DNA from: Hydrolagus colliei
Lineage: Eukaryota
NCBI GenBank assembly: GCA_035084275.1
Contig: CM068757.1
Coordinates: 5,394,001 to 5,458,000 of the forward strand
Direction: 5' to 3'
Length of the DNA stretch: 64,000 bases
Part shown: one piece after another, positions 63,797 to 64,000 of the stretch
How the letters are laid out: every line of letters starts with the position of its first letter
Position numbering within the stretch: the first letter of the stretch is position 1
Translations under genes and position numbers: made by a program
The notes under the pieces: model-generated
What the model was told of the DNA's origin: nothing
The model's input: the letters and a program-made list of their open reading frames with translations, nothing else
The model's database searches: none

Positions 63797-64000
63797 ATAA
63801 TCATAGAATCATAGAATCATAGAATCATAGAATTTTACGGCACAAAAGGAGGCCATTCGGCCCATCTAGACTGTGCCGGCTCTTTGAAAAGAGCGATTCA
63901 ATCCCACTGCCCTGCCCGCTCCCCATAGCCTAATAGACCCGTTCTCCCTAAATAAAGATCTAATTCCCTTTTAAAAGTTGTTATCGAATCAGCCTCCACC
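63797..64000 (-). mobile_element. CR1 LINE 3' end, runs off the window
   Basis: (ATAGAATC)n octamer tail followed by ggaggccattcggcccatc, the CR1 3' hairpin region. Confidence 0.93.

Noticed and set aside
1-64000. CRISPR array, operon or prokaryotic defence system
   Set aside because: The sequence is eukaryotic; the recurring ~30-100-bp motifs are irregularly spaced SINE/LINE tails in both orientations, not repeat-spacer arrays

Overview
This is AT-rich eukaryotic DNA with no recognisable protein-coding exon. The ORFs in the track are chance ORFs or wrong-frame reads of decayed LINEs. The repeat content points to a cartilaginous fish, most plausibly a holocephalan (inference, not a database result). 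It includes tRNA-headed Deu-domain SINEs with L2-type tails, L2 and CR1 LINE fragments and a Penelope-type terminal repeat. The window looks like a gene desert or giant intron with about 30 SINE copies or fragments from at least three subfamilies and several repeat-free, enhancer-like blocks. The most notable observations are: (1) a minimal hammerhead-ribozyme core in the Penelope-like fragment (3100-3138, minus); (2) a 36-nt 5' U2 snRNA pseudogene; (3) a locally inverted-duplicated SINE with a microhomology deletion; (4) an L2 copy with twin-priming-like 5' inversion; (5) reciprocal SINE/L2 tail chimeras; (6) a miRNA-sized hairpin; (7) a degenerate palindrome with mirror Hox/Meis sites. I found no CRISPR array, operon or novel protein system. 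Repeat boundaries were placed by eye and are approximate.
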